64,000 nucleotides of DNA, taken from assembly GCF_004010195.1 (NCBI RefSeq), contig NC_057751.1, positions 9,683,457 to 9,747,456 of the forward strand. The letters run 5' to 3'. Positions 62,325 through 64,000 of the stretch are shown here, piece after piece. Positions within the stretch are counted from its first letter, which is position 1; the number at the start of each line of letters is the position of its first letter. Source of the DNA: Chiloscyllium plagiosum (lineage: Eukaryota). Below the pieces are notes generated by a model, which was not told where the DNA came from, did not search any database, and worked only from the letters and a program-made list of their open reading frames with translations. The position numbers and the translations under genes are program-made.

Positions 62325-63888
62325 GTAAATAGAAAAAAAAATGACATTGATCATAGGAACCAAGGAGAAGGAGGAGGAAGTTTGGCCCTTCAAACCTGCT
62401 CTGCTACTTGATTAGGCTGTGGCTTACCTGGGATGTGGTCTCAATCCCACTTAACTGTCTGCCCCTGTAACGCTTAACTCCCTTGCCAATCAAAAAGTTA
62501 ATAAATTCACTGACTCAGCCTCCACTCTTCTCTGTGGAAGACAATTTCAAAGACTTGACTGGTCTCTGAGAGAAGATGTTTCCCTTCATCTACATCTTAT
62601 TTTAAACTGTATTCCGTGGTTCATGTCTCCCCCAGAACAGGAAACACCTTCCAAGTATTCTCCCTGTTCAGTTCAATCAGGATTGGTTGTGAAAGGAAAT
62701 TCAGATATTCACGGGCACTAAATCAAAACAAATATAAGATAGCATCAAACTTCAAAATGTATTGCCTGAGCCTCAGATCTAGCTCAGACTGTCTCCCAGT
62801 TGGGAGGTTTTGCATCCATATTTGTCATGTTCCAAAATCGAGGAAAAGGAAGACGGAGGCTAAAATTACACTCCTTTTTTTTTCCCCCCAACAACCATCA
62901 ACATCATTTGATGAGACATGAACCTCTGGATTGCCTCAAACTCATTAGCACTGCTGATGATTGTGACTTTCAAAAAGGAAGAGTGGGCAGGGAGTCTATG
63001 CAAATATTCCTTAGTGCTTGACGGTATACCAGTGCAGTACACATCACGCATTTCATTGACCTCAACTCAGGTCATAACCAGACTGATGCAACAGAAAAGC
63101 TTGGAAGAGGAGGAGGCAATATAGCCCCTGAAGATTGCTCCATGAATCAATAACGTCATTTACCTCAACTCCACCTATCTACCTGGTCACTGTATTCCTT
63201 TGTTCCTTAGTGTCCAAAGATGTATCCATGTTTTGCTCTGAAGTATTCCACGAGTGAGCATCCACAACACTCGGGGATAAAAATCCAAATTTCACATCCT
63301 CTAAGTCCTAAACATTTGGTCAATTGTTTTAAGACTCTGCTCTCGTATGTTAGTCTACAGTCTGAGGAAAATTCTCCCCTTTGAAGTCCTCTCTAGAATT
63401 CTTTTTAGTTTTTAACAAGATGTCTCCAACTTTCACTCCAGAAGATTTTGGTCCACTCTACTTGTTCTGTCCTGCTCAGACAACCTCTCCATCTCAGAAT
63501 CAACCCAGTGAACCTTTGTTGCATCACCTTAAAGGAAAGTAGATTTTGATTTTTGGTAAAAAAGATTAAAACTAACCTTTTAGATAATTAAATCACAACA
63601 GGAAGAACTCTGTCTCTCTGTGGCAACAAGAAAACCTCCTTGCCCCCTGTGGAAAACTCTGCAAACCACAGGGCTATGTGGGGATCATCTCCCCAAACAG
63701 GTGTCCATAGACTGATATGACCTGGGATAAGTGGCTGGTCATGCTCATGACTTAAATATGTGGATGTATGATGCTATAATGCAGGAGAAGCTGTAGACTT
63801 GTACCTGGGACTCAATGGATTGGTGGTCTGGTATTTGGAATAGCTTTCTCACTGTGAACGTGTTTTTTTTCTTTTACTATCTCTTCAG

Positions 63889-63930
63889 GTTATAACAAGA
63901 GGTGATGCTAAAAAGCTGAATTTACATGGG
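63889..63930 (+). CDS. RNF122: RNF122 exon 4 (VITRGDAKKLNLHG); RING-domain exons lie beyond the window
   Basis: Long pyrimidine tract + cag|, |gtaagt; GDAKKL motif; 42 nt. Confidence 0.92.
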
Positions 63931-64000
63931 GTAAGTCATAAATCTTTATCTGGAAGCAAACACTGAGTTCTGCTGTATTTGGATGATGATTGCAGGACAC

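Overview
Vertebrate genomic DNA, almost certainly from a shark or other elasmobranch (inferred from an HE1/V-SINE, abundant HER1/CR1 LINEs and Penelope-derived repeats). Three protein-coding genes are supported. (1) An ITPRIP-family gene with a single coding exon on the minus strand (8081-9697, 538 aa, Mab-21/cGAS-like fold, closest to ITPRIPL1). (2) A complete 9-exon gamma-glutamyl hydrolase-like gene on the plus strand (17971-39258, 311 aa). Its Cys-His-Glu triad is intact, but its substrate-pocket residues differ from canonical GGH. (3) The first four coding exons of RNF122 (from 45448, continuing past the right edge). The ITPRIPL1-like and GGH-like genes appear to share a compact bidirectional CpG promoter at about 17.6-18.0 kb. 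The rest is dominated by decayed retroelements (CR1, L2, Rex1/Babar, RTE, Penelope, SINEs, solo LTRs, MITEs), several of them nested. The most unusual non-coding signal is a set of short Penelope-terminus-derived inserts flanked by target-site duplications that carry minimal hammerhead-ribozyme cores. One of these is a 150-bp zero-spacer palindrome whose axis falls in the ribozyme's stem II loop. Most short ORFs in the track are repeat fragments or noise. All family assignments come from recalled motifs, not database searches.
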